Source of the DNA: Candidatus Omnitrophota bacterium
GTDB taxonomy: Bacteria; Omnitrophota; Gorgyraeia; Duberdicusellales; 4484-171
Length of the DNA: 64,000 nucleotides
Direction: 5' to 3'
NCBI GenBank assembly: GCA_014729775.1
Contig: WJJJ01000007.1
Location: forward strand, 94,302-158,301
In this document: positions 37,245 to 45,917 of the stretch, one piece after another
Layout: every line of letters starts with the position of its first letter
Numbering within the stretch: position 1 is the stretch's first letter
The notes under the pieces: generated by a model
Databases searched by the model: none
What the model was told of the DNA's origin: nothing
The model's input: only the letters and a program-made list of their open reading frames with translations
Translations under genes and position numbers: made by a program

Positions 37245-38681
37245 ATGAATATATTTCCTTATTATATTGACGGCGAGGCGCGCCGCAGCGGGCAGGAAAA
37301 AGAAATAAGAAATCCGGCGAGCGGCGAAGTATTCGCACGGTGCTGGCATGCCCGGCCCGAGGATGTTAAAGACGCGGTGATCGCGGGCAGGCGCGCTTCG
37401 GCCGAATGGGGAGAAGCAACATTTCAGGAACGCGCGATTTTACTGCGAGAGATCGCCCGGGTGCTGCGGGAACACGTGCACGAACTGGCAGAGCTTGAAT
37501 CCAGGGAAATCGGGAAACTGCTCAAGGAATCATTGTTTGTCGATATCCCGCTTGCTGCGGAAGTATTTGAATACTATGCGTCTTTCCTGGAGACGCTCGA
37601 ACAAAAAACAATGGAGAGCGCGTTTGGACGTGAAGAAGTGCTTTTTGATCCCTACGGCGTGTGCGGGATTTTCCTGCCGTACAACGTGCCCCTGATGATT
37701 TTCGGGTACAGCGCCGCCGCCGCGCTCGCGGCCGGAAACGCCGTGATTCTCAAACCCTCGGAGTACGGGCAGTTGTCGGTTTTGCGGCTTATGGGATTGA
37801 TCCGGTCCTTCGATATGCCCAGGGGGCTGGTGCAGGTAGTGACCGGCGAAGGGGGCGTGATCGGGGACTGCCTCTCCAGGAGCGAGGTCGATCTTATTTC
37901 GTTTACCGGATCAAGAAAAACCGCGCAAAGGATTATCCGGAATTCGGCCGATGCCCCCAAGAAGATTATGTGTGAATTGGGCGGAGCGAACGTGACCGCG
38001 GTATGGGAAGATGCGAATCAGGACGCGGCGGTGCAAAATTTACTGGCCTCGTCTTTTCTCAAACAAGGACAGATATGTATCGGTACCAGTATTGCTTTGA
38101 TCGAAGAAAAGATCTATGATCGCTTCATAGAGGAGTTCTGCCGACGGATAGATTTGATTCCTCAGGGAGATCCGTTTTTGCCTGAGACCGGATTGGGCCC
38201 TCTTCCGTCTTCCGAATACGCCGCGGCCGTGGACCGCCGTGTTCGGGAATGCCTGCGCCGGCATGGGGGGCGGCTGCTGCGCGGAGGAGTCTGGGAGAAA
38301 GAATCCGGTCTTGTGTATCCTCCCACGGTTATCGAAGTGCCCCATGTGGTCTATGAAGAATTTTTCGCACCGGTGGTATTGGTCAAGAGATGCAGCCGGC
38401 AGGAGATCGAACCCGCGATTCAGGCGAATCCGTCCGGTCTGGTACTGCAGTTGTGGACGGCGGATGCCGGGCGGGCCCGGTGTATCGCCCGCCGGGCGCG
38501 GTACGGAACGGTGTGGATCAACACCTTCGCCCAGATGAATGCCCAGACTCCGTTCGGAGGACAACGGACGAGCGGGTGGGGCCGGAACCTCGGAAAAGCG
38601 GGGTTTTTTGAGTATGTTCAGCTCAAGCACATAGGGTACGGCAGGCAGTCCAGTCCGGTGGAAGGCTGGTTCGGGGTGTAA
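37245..38681 (+). CDS. Aldehyde dehydrogenase family protein
   Basis: 478 aa. ALDH Glu/Cys motifs (ELGGAN; catalytic-Cys context GQICIGTS). AAGGAG RBS. Confidence 0.9.
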   Translation: MNIFPYYIDGEARRSGQEKEIRNPASGEVFARCWHARPEDVKDAVIAGRRASAEWGEATFQERAILLREIARVLREHVHELAELESREIGKLLKESLFVDIPLAAEVFEYYASFLETLEQKTMESAFGREEVLFDPYGVCGIFLPYNVPLMIFGYSAAAALAAGNAVILKPSEYGQLSVLRLMGLIRSFDMPRGLVQVVTGEGGVIGDCLSRSEVDLISFTGSRKTAQRIIRNSADAPKKIMCELGGANVTAVWEDANQDAAVQNLLASSFLKQGQICIGTSIALIEEKIYDRFIEEFCRRIDLIPQGDPFLPETGLGPLPSSEYAAAVDRRVRECLRRHGGRLLRGGVWEKESGLVYPPTVIEVPHVVYEEFFAPVVLVKRCSRQEIEPAIQANPSGLVLQLWTADAGRARCIARRARYGTVWINTFAQMNAQTPFGGQRTSGWGRNLGKAGFFEYVQLKHIGYGRQSSPVEGWFGV

Positions 38682-38714
38682 GGCCGCGCCGGGCGGCCGC
38701 GGGCACAAAAAGGG

Positions 38715-38743
38715 TTGACAGATGAAAAAGAGTGTGCTATTAT
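38715..38743 (+). promoter_or_regulatory. Consensus sigma70 promoter TTGACA-17-TATTAT ending 8 nt before the rplU ATG (candidate leaderless start)
   Basis: TTGACA at 38715-38720, TATTAT at 38738-38743, rplU ATG at 38752. The ORF-track upstream ATG at 38722 lies inside the promoter. Confidence 0.5.
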
Positions 38744-38751
38744 CACGCCCT

Positions 38752-39069
38752 ATGTGGGCAGTAGTGGAAATCGGAAAAAAACAGTATATGGTGTCTCCCG
38801 GGGAACAGGTCCAGGTCCAGCGCCTGAAAACCGATGAATCCAATATCGTTTTTGATAAGGTGTTGCTGGTGTCCGACAGCGGTAAGGTTTCCGTCGGCAC
38901 TCCCTATGTCGAAAAGGCAAAAGTAAAAGCCAAAATCCTGGGTGAGGAAAAAGGGAAAAAGGTCCGGGTGTATAAATTCAAACGCCGGAAAAAGTATCGT
39001 AAAACACAGGGACACCGTCAGCGTTATTCCCGCATCGAAATTTCGGATATTTCGACACCCTCCCGTTAA
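38752..39069 (+). CDS. rplU: 50S ribosomal protein L21
   Basis: MWAVVEIGKKQYMVSPGEQVQV aligns with the L21 N-terminus (MYAV..GGKQ..V). 105 aa. Confidence 0.85.
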   Translation: MWAVVEIGKKQYMVSPGEQVQVQRLKTDESNIVFDKVLLVSDSGKVSVGTPYVEKAKVKAKILGEEKGKKVRVYKFKRRKKYRKTQGHRQRYSRIEISDISTPSR

Positions 39070-39186
39070 CTTCTTCTTCGTGGATGTGATCCCAAATTCT
39101 TTTCCCGCGGAAATTTATTTTTCGGTCCGGTCTCTTACAAACGCCGGGAAATATGATACAATAAAGGCTTCTTAACGGGGTTTTCA

Positions 39187-40269
39187 ATGAAAAAAATCGT
39201 GGTAAAAGTAGGCAGCAGCGTGATTGCTCCGCAGGGGCGGTTGGACACTGCGCTTGTCGGTAGGCTCCTCGTCGATATTCACGAAGCCGAACGGCAGGGT
39301 TTCCGGATGATCCTGGTGAGTTCGGGAGCGATCGCCTGCGGGATGCACGCGCTGGGATATCGGGAGAAACCGCGGGATACTGCCTCATTAATGGCGATTT
39401 CTTCCTGCGGGCAAATCGCGTTAATGGATGTATTCAATGCGAAGTGTAAGCGCCTCAAGCGTTCCTGCGCGCAGCTTTTGCTCACTTGGGAAGATTTCGA
39501 TCATCGTGCGCGGTTTAAGAACGTGCGCAAGACGATCGAAAAACTGCTCTCTTTCGGAGTGCTCCCGGTGATCAATGAGAACGACGTGGTGTCGTTTGAA
39601 GAGATCCGGTTTGGGGATAACGACCGCTTATCGGCGCTGGTGGCGGATTTAATAACCGCGCAAAAGCTTATTATCCTTTCCGACGTGCACGGTCTATACG
39701 ACGGAGAAACGTTAGTGAAGGAAGTCGTGAAAATGGAGTCAAAGATTCCGGCAATGGTGCGCCGGTCCCGATCGGGGCATACCAGCGGTGGAATGCAGAC
39801 CAAATTACAGGCGGCGGCGATCGCAATGTCGTCGGGGATCCCCACCCATATCGCATACGGCAGGGAAAAGAACGTCATTTCCCGCATCGTCGGCGGAGAG
39901 CATATCGGCACGCTGTTCGCTCCGCTGGAGAAGATCGGCAAGGCGCGTAAGCGCTGGATTGCCTTCGGAAAAAAGCCGAAAGGGAAACTGTATGTGGACG
40001 AGGGAGCGGCGGAGGCGGTGTTGCACAAAGGGAAAAGTCTTCTGGCGGTGGGTATCCGCCGCGTCGAGGGGCGGTTTGCGCGCGGGGATGCGGTGCATGT
40101 GCTGGACGAACAGGGAACGCTTCTCGGGTACGGAATCGTAAACTACGACGCCGCGGTCTTGCGGGAAAACGGGGATCAGCGGCTGGAAAAAGCCGTAATT
40201 CACAGAGACGATTTTGTCCGCGCCTGGGAAGAGGGATGGTATTGCAATCCCTGTATTGTCAGGAAATAA
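39187..40269 (+). CDS. proB: Glutamate 5-kinase with PUA domain
   Basis: Amino-acid-kinase N-terminus KIVVKVGSSVIA and C-terminal PUA domain. 360 aa. Confidence 0.9.
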   Translation: MKKIVVKVGSSVIAPQGRLDTALVGRLLVDIHEAERQGFRMILVSSGAIACGMHALGYREKPRDTASLMAISSCGQIALMDVFNAKCKRLKRSCAQLLLTWEDFDHRARFKNVRKTIEKLLSFGVLPVINENDVVSFEEIRFGDNDRLSALVADLITAQKLIILSDVHGLYDGETLVKEVVKMESKIPAMVRRSRSGHTSGGMQTKLQAAAIAMSSGIPTHIAYGREKNVISRIVGGEHIGTLFAPLEKIGKARKRWIAFGKKPKGKLYVDEGAAEAVLHKGKSLLAVGIRRVEGRFARGDAVHVLDEQGTLLGYGIVNYDAAVLRENGDQRLEKAVIHRDDFVRAWEEGWYCNPCIVRK

Positions 40270-40279
40270 GGAGTGGAAG

Positions 40280-41530
40280 ATGAGCCGTTACGTAAATAAA
40301 CTGGTACGCGAAGCGAAAGAGGCCAGTTATCAGCTTGCGCAGCTGAGTACCGCCGAAAAAAACCGGGCGTTGCGCGCAATGGCCGGGGCCGTGCGCCGGT
40401 CGAAAAAATTTATCATTGAGGAGAACCGGAAGGATCTTCGCGCGGCCCAAAAGAACGGTCTCGCGAAAAGCATGATTGACCGCCTCGCGCTTACCGAAAA
40501 ACGCGTTGCCGCGATCGCCCAGTCGCTGAAAGAGGTTGCTTCACTTCCAGACCCTCTCGGGAAGACCATTGCCGCCTGGCGCCGTCCGAACGGACTCCGG
40601 CTGAAAAAGGTCCGCGTTCCGCTGGGCGTAGTGCTGATTATATACGAAGCCCGGCCGAACGTGACGAGCGACTGTGTGGGATTATTGTTTAAAACCGGAA
40701 ATGTAGGGATACTCCGGGGAGGAAGAAATGCCCTGCGATCGAACCAGGCGCTGGGCCGGGTGCTCTCCGAGGCGCTGGCCTCAAGCGGAATTCCTTTTCC
40801 CGCTTTTTTTGTGGTGGAAAAGCCCCAGCGTACCTACGTGGATGAGCTCCTCCGGCAAGAGGGAAGCATTGATTTGGTAATTCCCCGCGGAGGAGAGTCA
40901 TTAATTCGTACCGTGGTGGAGAAATCCCGCGTACCGGTGATCAAGCATTATAAAGGCATTTGTCATCTTTTTATCGACGAAAGCGCCGATATCAAACAGG
41001 CGTTATCGATATGCGTCAACGCCAAGGTCCAGCGACCCTCGGTGTGCAACGCCGTCGAGACGATTTTAGTCCATAAGGAGATCGCGAAAGAATTTCTCCC
41101 CCGGCTAAAAAAAGAATTTTCTCCCTTACAGGTACAGATGCGCGGTGATCCTGCCGTCTGCAGAATGCTGCCCGGAACAAGAAAAGCGACGGAAAAAGAC
41201 TGGCGTACTGAGTATTTGGATTTGATTGTTTCTCTCCGGGTGGTAAAGAATGTGGAAGAGGCGATCGCCCACATTAATCGATACGGGTCGCATCATACCG
41301 ACAGCATTCTTACCCGGAACAGAAGCAACGCGAAACGGTTCGTTCGGGAGATCGATTCGGCCTGTTGCTTTGTGAACGCCTCGACCAGGTTTAGTGACGG
41401 ATTTCAGTTTGGGCTCGGCGCAGAAATCGGTATTTCGACCGATAAGCTTCATGCCCGGGGACCGATGGGGCTGGAGGAACTCACGACGTACAAATATATT
41501 GTGGAAGGACAGGGGCAGGTGAGGGCGTAG
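40280..41530 (+). CDS. proA: Gamma-glutamyl phosphate reductase
   Basis: ALDH-like fold with ProA motifs. AAGGAG RBS. Internal ATG at 40280 chosen just after the proB stop. Confidence 0.9.
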   Translation: MSRYVNKLVREAKEASYQLAQLSTAEKNRALRAMAGAVRRSKKFIIEENRKDLRAAQKNGLAKSMIDRLALTEKRVAAIAQSLKEVASLPDPLGKTIAAWRRPNGLRLKKVRVPLGVVLIIYEARPNVTSDCVGLLFKTGNVGILRGGRNALRSNQALGRVLSEALASSGIPFPAFFVVEKPQRTYVDELLRQEGSIDLVIPRGGESLIRTVVEKSRVPVIKHYKGICHLFIDESADIKQALSICVNAKVQRPSVCNAVETILVHKEIAKEFLPRLKKEFSPLQVQMRGDPAVCRMLPGTRKATEKDWRTEYLDLIVSLRVVKNVEEAIAHINRYGSHHTDSILTRNRSNAKRFVREIDSACCFVNASTRFSDGFQFGLGAEIGISTDKLHARGPMGLEELTTYKYIVEGQGQVRA

Positions 41531-41619
41531 ATCGTTAATTCTCGATCCTTGATACTCGCTCCTTGATGTGCGAGAGGGGAGGATCGAAGATCGGCGTATC
41601 AGCCGTGGGAAAAAAAGAA

Positions 41620-42186
41620 ATGAAAACCGGGATTCTAGGAGGAACGTTTAACCCGCCGCATATCGGACATTTTGTGCTGGCGTCGGAAGTGAAATACCGG
41701 CTGGAGCTGGACCGGGTGATTTTTATGCCGGCACATGTTTCTCCGCTCAAGGGGGAAGAAGAAACCGCGGACCCCGGGCACCGGTTTCGAATGCTGGAAG
41801 AAGCGCTTCCCGGTGAAGGATACGAAGTGTCGGATCTGGAGATCTCGCGGGGCGGCATTTCCTATACCATTGATACGGTAAAAGAGCTCCAGCGGCGCCG
41901 GCTTGATGAGGAAATGTATCTGATCATCGGAGCGGATCAGGCTGCGGCATTTGATTCATGGAAAGCGCACCGGGAATTGACCGAGCGGACGACGGTGGTG
42001 GTGGCGAAACGAAAGACGTTTCCCCTGCCCGATGACAGCCGTTTCCGGATAGTCGAAATCCCCCAGCTGGAAGTGTCCTCTTCGGAAATACGGCGGAGGG
42101 TAAAGCGGGGGGAGCCTGTCCGGTATTTGGTGCCGGAAACGGTCCGCCGCTATATGATGCGGCACCGGCTTTATATGCACACCTAA
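41620..42186 (+). CDS. nadD: Nicotinate-nucleotide adenylyltransferase
   Basis: GGTFNPPHIGH nucleotidyltransferase motif. Conserved position after proBA. Confidence 0.85.
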   Translation: MKTGILGGTFNPPHIGHFVLASEVKYRLELDRVIFMPAHVSPLKGEEETADPGHRFRMLEEALPGEGYEVSDLEISRGGISYTIDTVKELQRRRLDEEMYLIIGADQAAAFDSWKAHRELTERTTVVVAKRKTFPLPDDSRFRIVEIPQLEVSSSEIRRRVKRGEPVRYLVPETVRRYMMRHRLYMHT

Positions 42187-42215
42187 AAAGCGAGCGCCAA
42201 ACGAAAGGAGCGAAT

Positions 42216-43607
42216 ATGATCAAATTCGGAACGGATGGATGGCGGGCGGTAATCGCGGAAGATTTTACTTTTGAGAATCTGCGTGTCGTGAGCCAGGCGA
42301 TCGCCGATTATGCGAAAAAAAATAAAAAGGGAGGAAAGCGCATTGTGGTCGGCTACGATTGCCGGTTCTTGTCCCGGGAGTTCGCGCAAACCTGCTGTGA
42401 AGTGTTTGCCGGAAACGGAATGAAAACCGTCTTGTCCGACCAGGCCATTCCCACTCCCACGGTAAGTTTTCATTGTCTTCATCGCAAATACGACTTGGGG
42501 ATCATGATGACCGCTTCGCACAATCCCGCGCACTTCAACGGGTTAAAAATCAAAACGCGCGACGGAGGCGCGGCGGACAATACGGTGACCAGCGCGGTCG
42601 AAAAACTTCTCGGACAGCGCAAGCCGAAGACGCTCTCACTGGATAAAGCGAAAAAGAAGGCGTTGTTCCGCACCGCTGATCTCACGCGGGATTACGTGTC
42701 TTTTTTACGCGGATTCGTCGACGTAAAAAAAATAAGAAAACTGAAAGCCAGAGTGCTGGTGGATACCATGTACGGTGCCGGCGATACGTTCGTCGAAAAA
42801 ATTCTGGGAAAAACATCACTGGAAATAAACTATCTTCATAATGAGTACAATCCTTCGTTCGGCGGGATGCACCCGGAGCCGGTGCCGGTAAATCTGCAGG
42901 CGTTGATCAAAGGCGTTCGCAAGGGAGGGTACGATCTCGGTGTTGCGCTTGACGGCGACGCGGACCGGATCGCGATCATCGACAGCAAAGGGAATTTTAT
43001 CAGCGCCCAGACCTTACTGCCTTTGCTGGCCGTGCACATGGTGAAAAACAGGCATGCATCCGGGGGGATCGGCAAAACCGTGGTAGGAAGCAATTTAATT
43101 GATCAAGTTGCGTCGATGCTGAACGTCGCCTGTTACGAAACCCCGGTTGGATTTAAGTATATTTCGAATTTGTTCAAGGAGAAAGTGATTTGTATCGGCG
43201 GAGAGGAAGCCGGCGGGATCGGCGTGAAAGGGTACGTGCCCGAACGCGACGGGTCCGCCTCGTTTCTCTTACTGCTGGAAATGCTCGCCGTGGAAAAGAA
43301 AAGTTTTCAGGAGCTTCTCACGCTTCTGTACCGCCAATGCGGGCGGTGGTACTACCGGCGCGAATCCATTCCCGTGGCCAGCGTGAAGAAGAGCCTGGAA
43401 CAGATGAAACTGCCCGCCGAAATTCTGGGGAAGGAAATTCTGCGGGTGAATACGCTCGACGGGGTAAAGTTAATTACCAAAAATTCATGGTTGATGTTCC
43501 GTAAATCGGGGACCGAACCGATTGTCCGGGTGTACGCGGAAGCGAAAACCAACAAGGAAGTCGGTCAGCTGCTGAAGCTGGGTAAGAAGATGATCTATGC
43601 TTTATAA
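42216..43607 (+). CDS. Phosphomannomutase/phosphoglucomutase family (alpha-D-phosphohexomutase)
   Basis: Active-site phosphoserine loop TASHNP, metal-binding DGDADR, and sugar-binding GEEAGG. Confidence 0.85.
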   Translation: MIKFGTDGWRAVIAEDFTFENLRVVSQAIADYAKKNKKGGKRIVVGYDCRFLSREFAQTCCEVFAGNGMKTVLSDQAIPTPTVSFHCLHRKYDLGIMMTASHNPAHFNGLKIKTRDGGAADNTVTSAVEKLLGQRKPKTLSLDKAKKKALFRTADLTRDYVSFLRGFVDVKKIRKLKARVLVDTMYGAGDTFVEKILGKTSLEINYLHNEYNPSFGGMHPEPVPVNLQALIKGVRKGGYDLGVALDGDADRIAIIDSKGNFISAQTLLPLLAVHMVKNRHASGGIGKTVVGSNLIDQVASMLNVACYETPVGFKYISNLFKEKVICIGGEEAGGIGVKGYVPERDGSASFLLLLEMLAVEKKSFQELLTLLYRQCGRWYYRRESIPVASVKKSLEQMKLPAEILGKEILRVNTLDGVKLITKNSWLMFRKSGTEPIVRVYAEAKTNKEVGQLLKLGKKMIYAL

Positions 43608-44190
43608 ATTTTCCACGCTGCTGGCCCGCGCCATTTTGATACTCGGCTTTGATCTCAAAATTCGGGGGAGAGAATCAATTCCCCCGGCCGGTCCTTTTTT
43701 GCTGGTCGCTAATCACGAGAGTAATTTTGATCCCCCGGTGCTCGCCGCCGCGTGTCCCCGCGAAATATATTTTTTGGCCAAAGAAGAATTGTTTACGGTT
43801 CATCCGTTATTGGGGATCTATCTGAGGAAAGTGAACGCGCTGCCTCTCAGGCGCGGCCGGACCGACATTTCCAGCGTGCGCAGTGCCGTCAAAGTCCTGA
43901 AGAACGATCCCTTGCTGGTGTTCCCTCAAGGACGGCGGGGAGTGAGTCTGGCCGAGGTCAAGCCCGGGGTTGGGTTCCTGCACCGGAAAACGAGAGTGCC
44001 GGTCGTTGCCGCCGCGGTGAAAGGCACGGGGCAGGTGCTGCCCAGAGGAGCGAAGATGGTGCGCCGCGGGAAAATCTCCGTACGGTTTTCTCCGGTAGGG
44101 GCGCTTCACCCCGGGGATTCGGCTGAGGAAGCCGCCGGAAAGATCATGAGTCGAATTATCGCTCTGCTGGACGCTCCCGAAAGTGTGTGA
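43597..44190 (+). CDS. plsC: 1-acyl-sn-glycerol-3-phosphate acyltransferase
   Basis: HxxxxD acyltransferase motif in LVANHESNFDPP, plus FPQGRR motif. Confidence 0.8.
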   Translation: MLYKFSTLLARAILILGFDLKIRGRESIPPAGPFLLVANHESNFDPPVLAAACPREIYFLAKEELFTVHPLLGIYLRKVNALPLRRGRTDISSVRSAVKVLKNDPLLVFPQGRRGVSLAEVKPGVGFLHRKTRVPVVAAAVKGTGQVLPRGAKMVRRGKISVRFSPVGALHPGDSAEEAAGKIMSRIIALLDAPESV

Positions 44191-44207
44191 TTTCTTCTGT
44201 TTTTATG

Positions 44208-44236
44208 TTGACAAGGCTGTCTATTTAGGAGATAAT
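44208..44236 (+). promoter_or_regulatory. Sigma70-like promoter TTGACA-17-GATAAT upstream of rpsA
   Basis: TTGACA at 44208-44213, GATAAT at 44231-44236. AAGGAGG RBS precedes the rpsA ATG at 44270. Confidence 0.45.
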
Positions 44237-44269
44237 CTAAAAAATTTTTACTAAGGAGGAATTTCTTTT

Positions 44270-45820
44270 ATGGAAATGGTATCGAGTGAACTGCAAAACG
44301 CATATTTTGAGACGATCAAAGAACTTCGGGAGGGCGAAATCGTCACCGGCAAGCTTGTCGGCAGCACTCCCAAAGAAGTAATCGTTGATGTCGGGTATAA
44401 ATCCGAAGGGATTATTCCCCGGGAAGAATTTGAAGACGTGAATTTAGACGATCTGGATGAATTTGACGTGTTCGTGGAAAACGTCGAAGACGAGGAAGGC
44501 AAGATCATTCTTTCGTTTAAACGGGCGAAAGAGGTCAAGGGATGGCAGACGCTTATCCAGGAGCATTCCGAAGGAGACATCGTTGAAGGGGCGATTTCCC
44601 GCAGAGTAAAGGGAGGATACATGGTCGCGGTATTTGGGGTCGAAGGATTTCTGCCGAAGAGCCTTTCCGCTCTGCGTCACGTAAAAGAGAATGTGATCGG
44701 GAAAAAGTTTCATTTCCAGATCGTGAAAATGAGCAAAGCGAAAGGGAATTTCATTCTTTCCCGCAGGGACGCGATCCGTGTGGAGCGGGAAATCATGCGG
44801 AAAAAGATATGGGAAGAGATCGAAGTAGACAAAGTTCTCGAAGGTCGGGTGAAAAGCATTACCAATTTCGGCGCGTTTATTGATCTCGGCGGCGTGGACG
44901 GCCTGCTTCACATCGGAGATATGAGCTGGAAAAAGATCACCCATCCTTCTGAAGTGGTGGCAGTGGGAGATCAGATCCAGGTGCTGGTATTGGGTTTTGA
45001 CCGGGAGAAAGGCAAGATATCACTTGGGTTGAAACAAATGACGCCCGATCCCTGGAAGGAAATAGACAAGAAATTCCCCGTCGGTACCGTGGTGAAAGGA
45101 CGCATTACCAATATTCAGAATTACGGTATTTTCGTGGAACTTGAAAAGGGAATCGAGGGACTGGTTCACATAAGTGAAATATCGTGGACGAAAAGATTCG
45201 TGAATCTCCAGGAAATGTTCGCCATCGGCGACGCCGTGGAAGCAAAAGTGATCGGTGTCGAGCCGGAAGAGAAAAAAATATCGCTGAGCGTCAAGCAGAC
45301 CGAAAAGGATCCGTGGGAGGAAGTGGAGAATTTAGTTTCCATTGATTCCGTGGTGAAAGGCGTGATCCTCGGATACGGCGACGGATGCGCTTACGTGGAG
45401 GTTGAGAACGGACTGGAAGGAGTGATCTACAACGAGGATATTTCCTGGACGAAACGCATCACCAAAACCCAGGACGTGCTCAAGCGCGGATCCTCGCATA
45501 AAATGAAAGTGCTGGGCATCGACCGCGATCAGCGTAAAGTGCTGCTCGGGATCAAACAGCTCAGCGAGGATCCCTGGCCGCAAATTCTGCAGGAATATCC
45601 CGTGGGAACCGTAGTTGAGGGAGAGGTCGTGAAGATTACCAATTTCGGTGTGTTTGTGAAGATATCCGAAGAACTCGAAGGATTGGTGTTTTCCGGAGAA
45701 ATTGATTCGGAACGGATGGAATCCCTCAACCCGCGGGATAAACTCATGGTGAAGATCATCAGGATCGACCCCGGCTCCGCAAAAATAGGTCTCTCGGCTC
45801 GTACCGAAGAGACTGAATAA
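44270..45820 (+). CDS. rpsA: 30S ribosomal protein S1 (six S1 domains)
   Basis: Repeated S1 OB-fold units (G.V..I...G.FV.L..G..GL.H.SE). 516 aa. Confidence 0.9.
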   Translation: MEMVSSELQNAYFETIKELREGEIVTGKLVGSTPKEVIVDVGYKSEGIIPREEFEDVNLDDLDEFDVFVENVEDEEGKIILSFKRAKEVKGWQTLIQEHSEGDIVEGAISRRVKGGYMVAVFGVEGFLPKSLSALRHVKENVIGKKFHFQIVKMSKAKGNFILSRRDAIRVEREIMRKKIWEEIEVDKVLEGRVKSITNFGAFIDLGGVDGLLHIGDMSWKKITHPSEVVAVGDQIQVLVLGFDREKGKISLGLKQMTPDPWKEIDKKFPVGTVVKGRITNIQNYGIFVELEKGIEGLVHISEISWTKRFVNLQEMFAIGDAVEAKVIGVEPEEKKISLSVKQTEKDPWEEVENLVSIDSVVKGVILGYGDGCAYVEVENGLEGVIYNEDISWTKRITKTQDVLKRGSSHKMKVLGIDRDQRKVLLGIKQLSEDPWPQILQEYPVGTVVEGEVVKITNFGVFVKISEELEGLVFSGEIDSERMESLNPRDKLMVKIIRIDPGSAKIGLSARTEETE

Positions 45821-45917
45821 CCCCAACATACCGCAAATCGTCCGGATTTCCCGGGAGCTGTGAGCGAATGCCGGGGAAATGCCGAAAGAGGATTCCTGAT
45901 CCGGCCGCGGAGAAACG

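Noticed and set aside
38685-38707. GC-rich hairpin GGCCGC-gccgg-GCGGCC after the ALDH gene as an intrinsic terminator
   Set aside because: There is no downstream U-tract and it abuts the rplU promoter. It may still be a weak stem but is not reportable as a terminator.
38040-38900. 286-aa minus-strand ORF spanning the ALDH 3' end and the rplU promoter
   Set aside because: It crosses a gene end and a strong promoter, has a Pro/Arg-rich composition, and is antisense to a well-supported ALDH.
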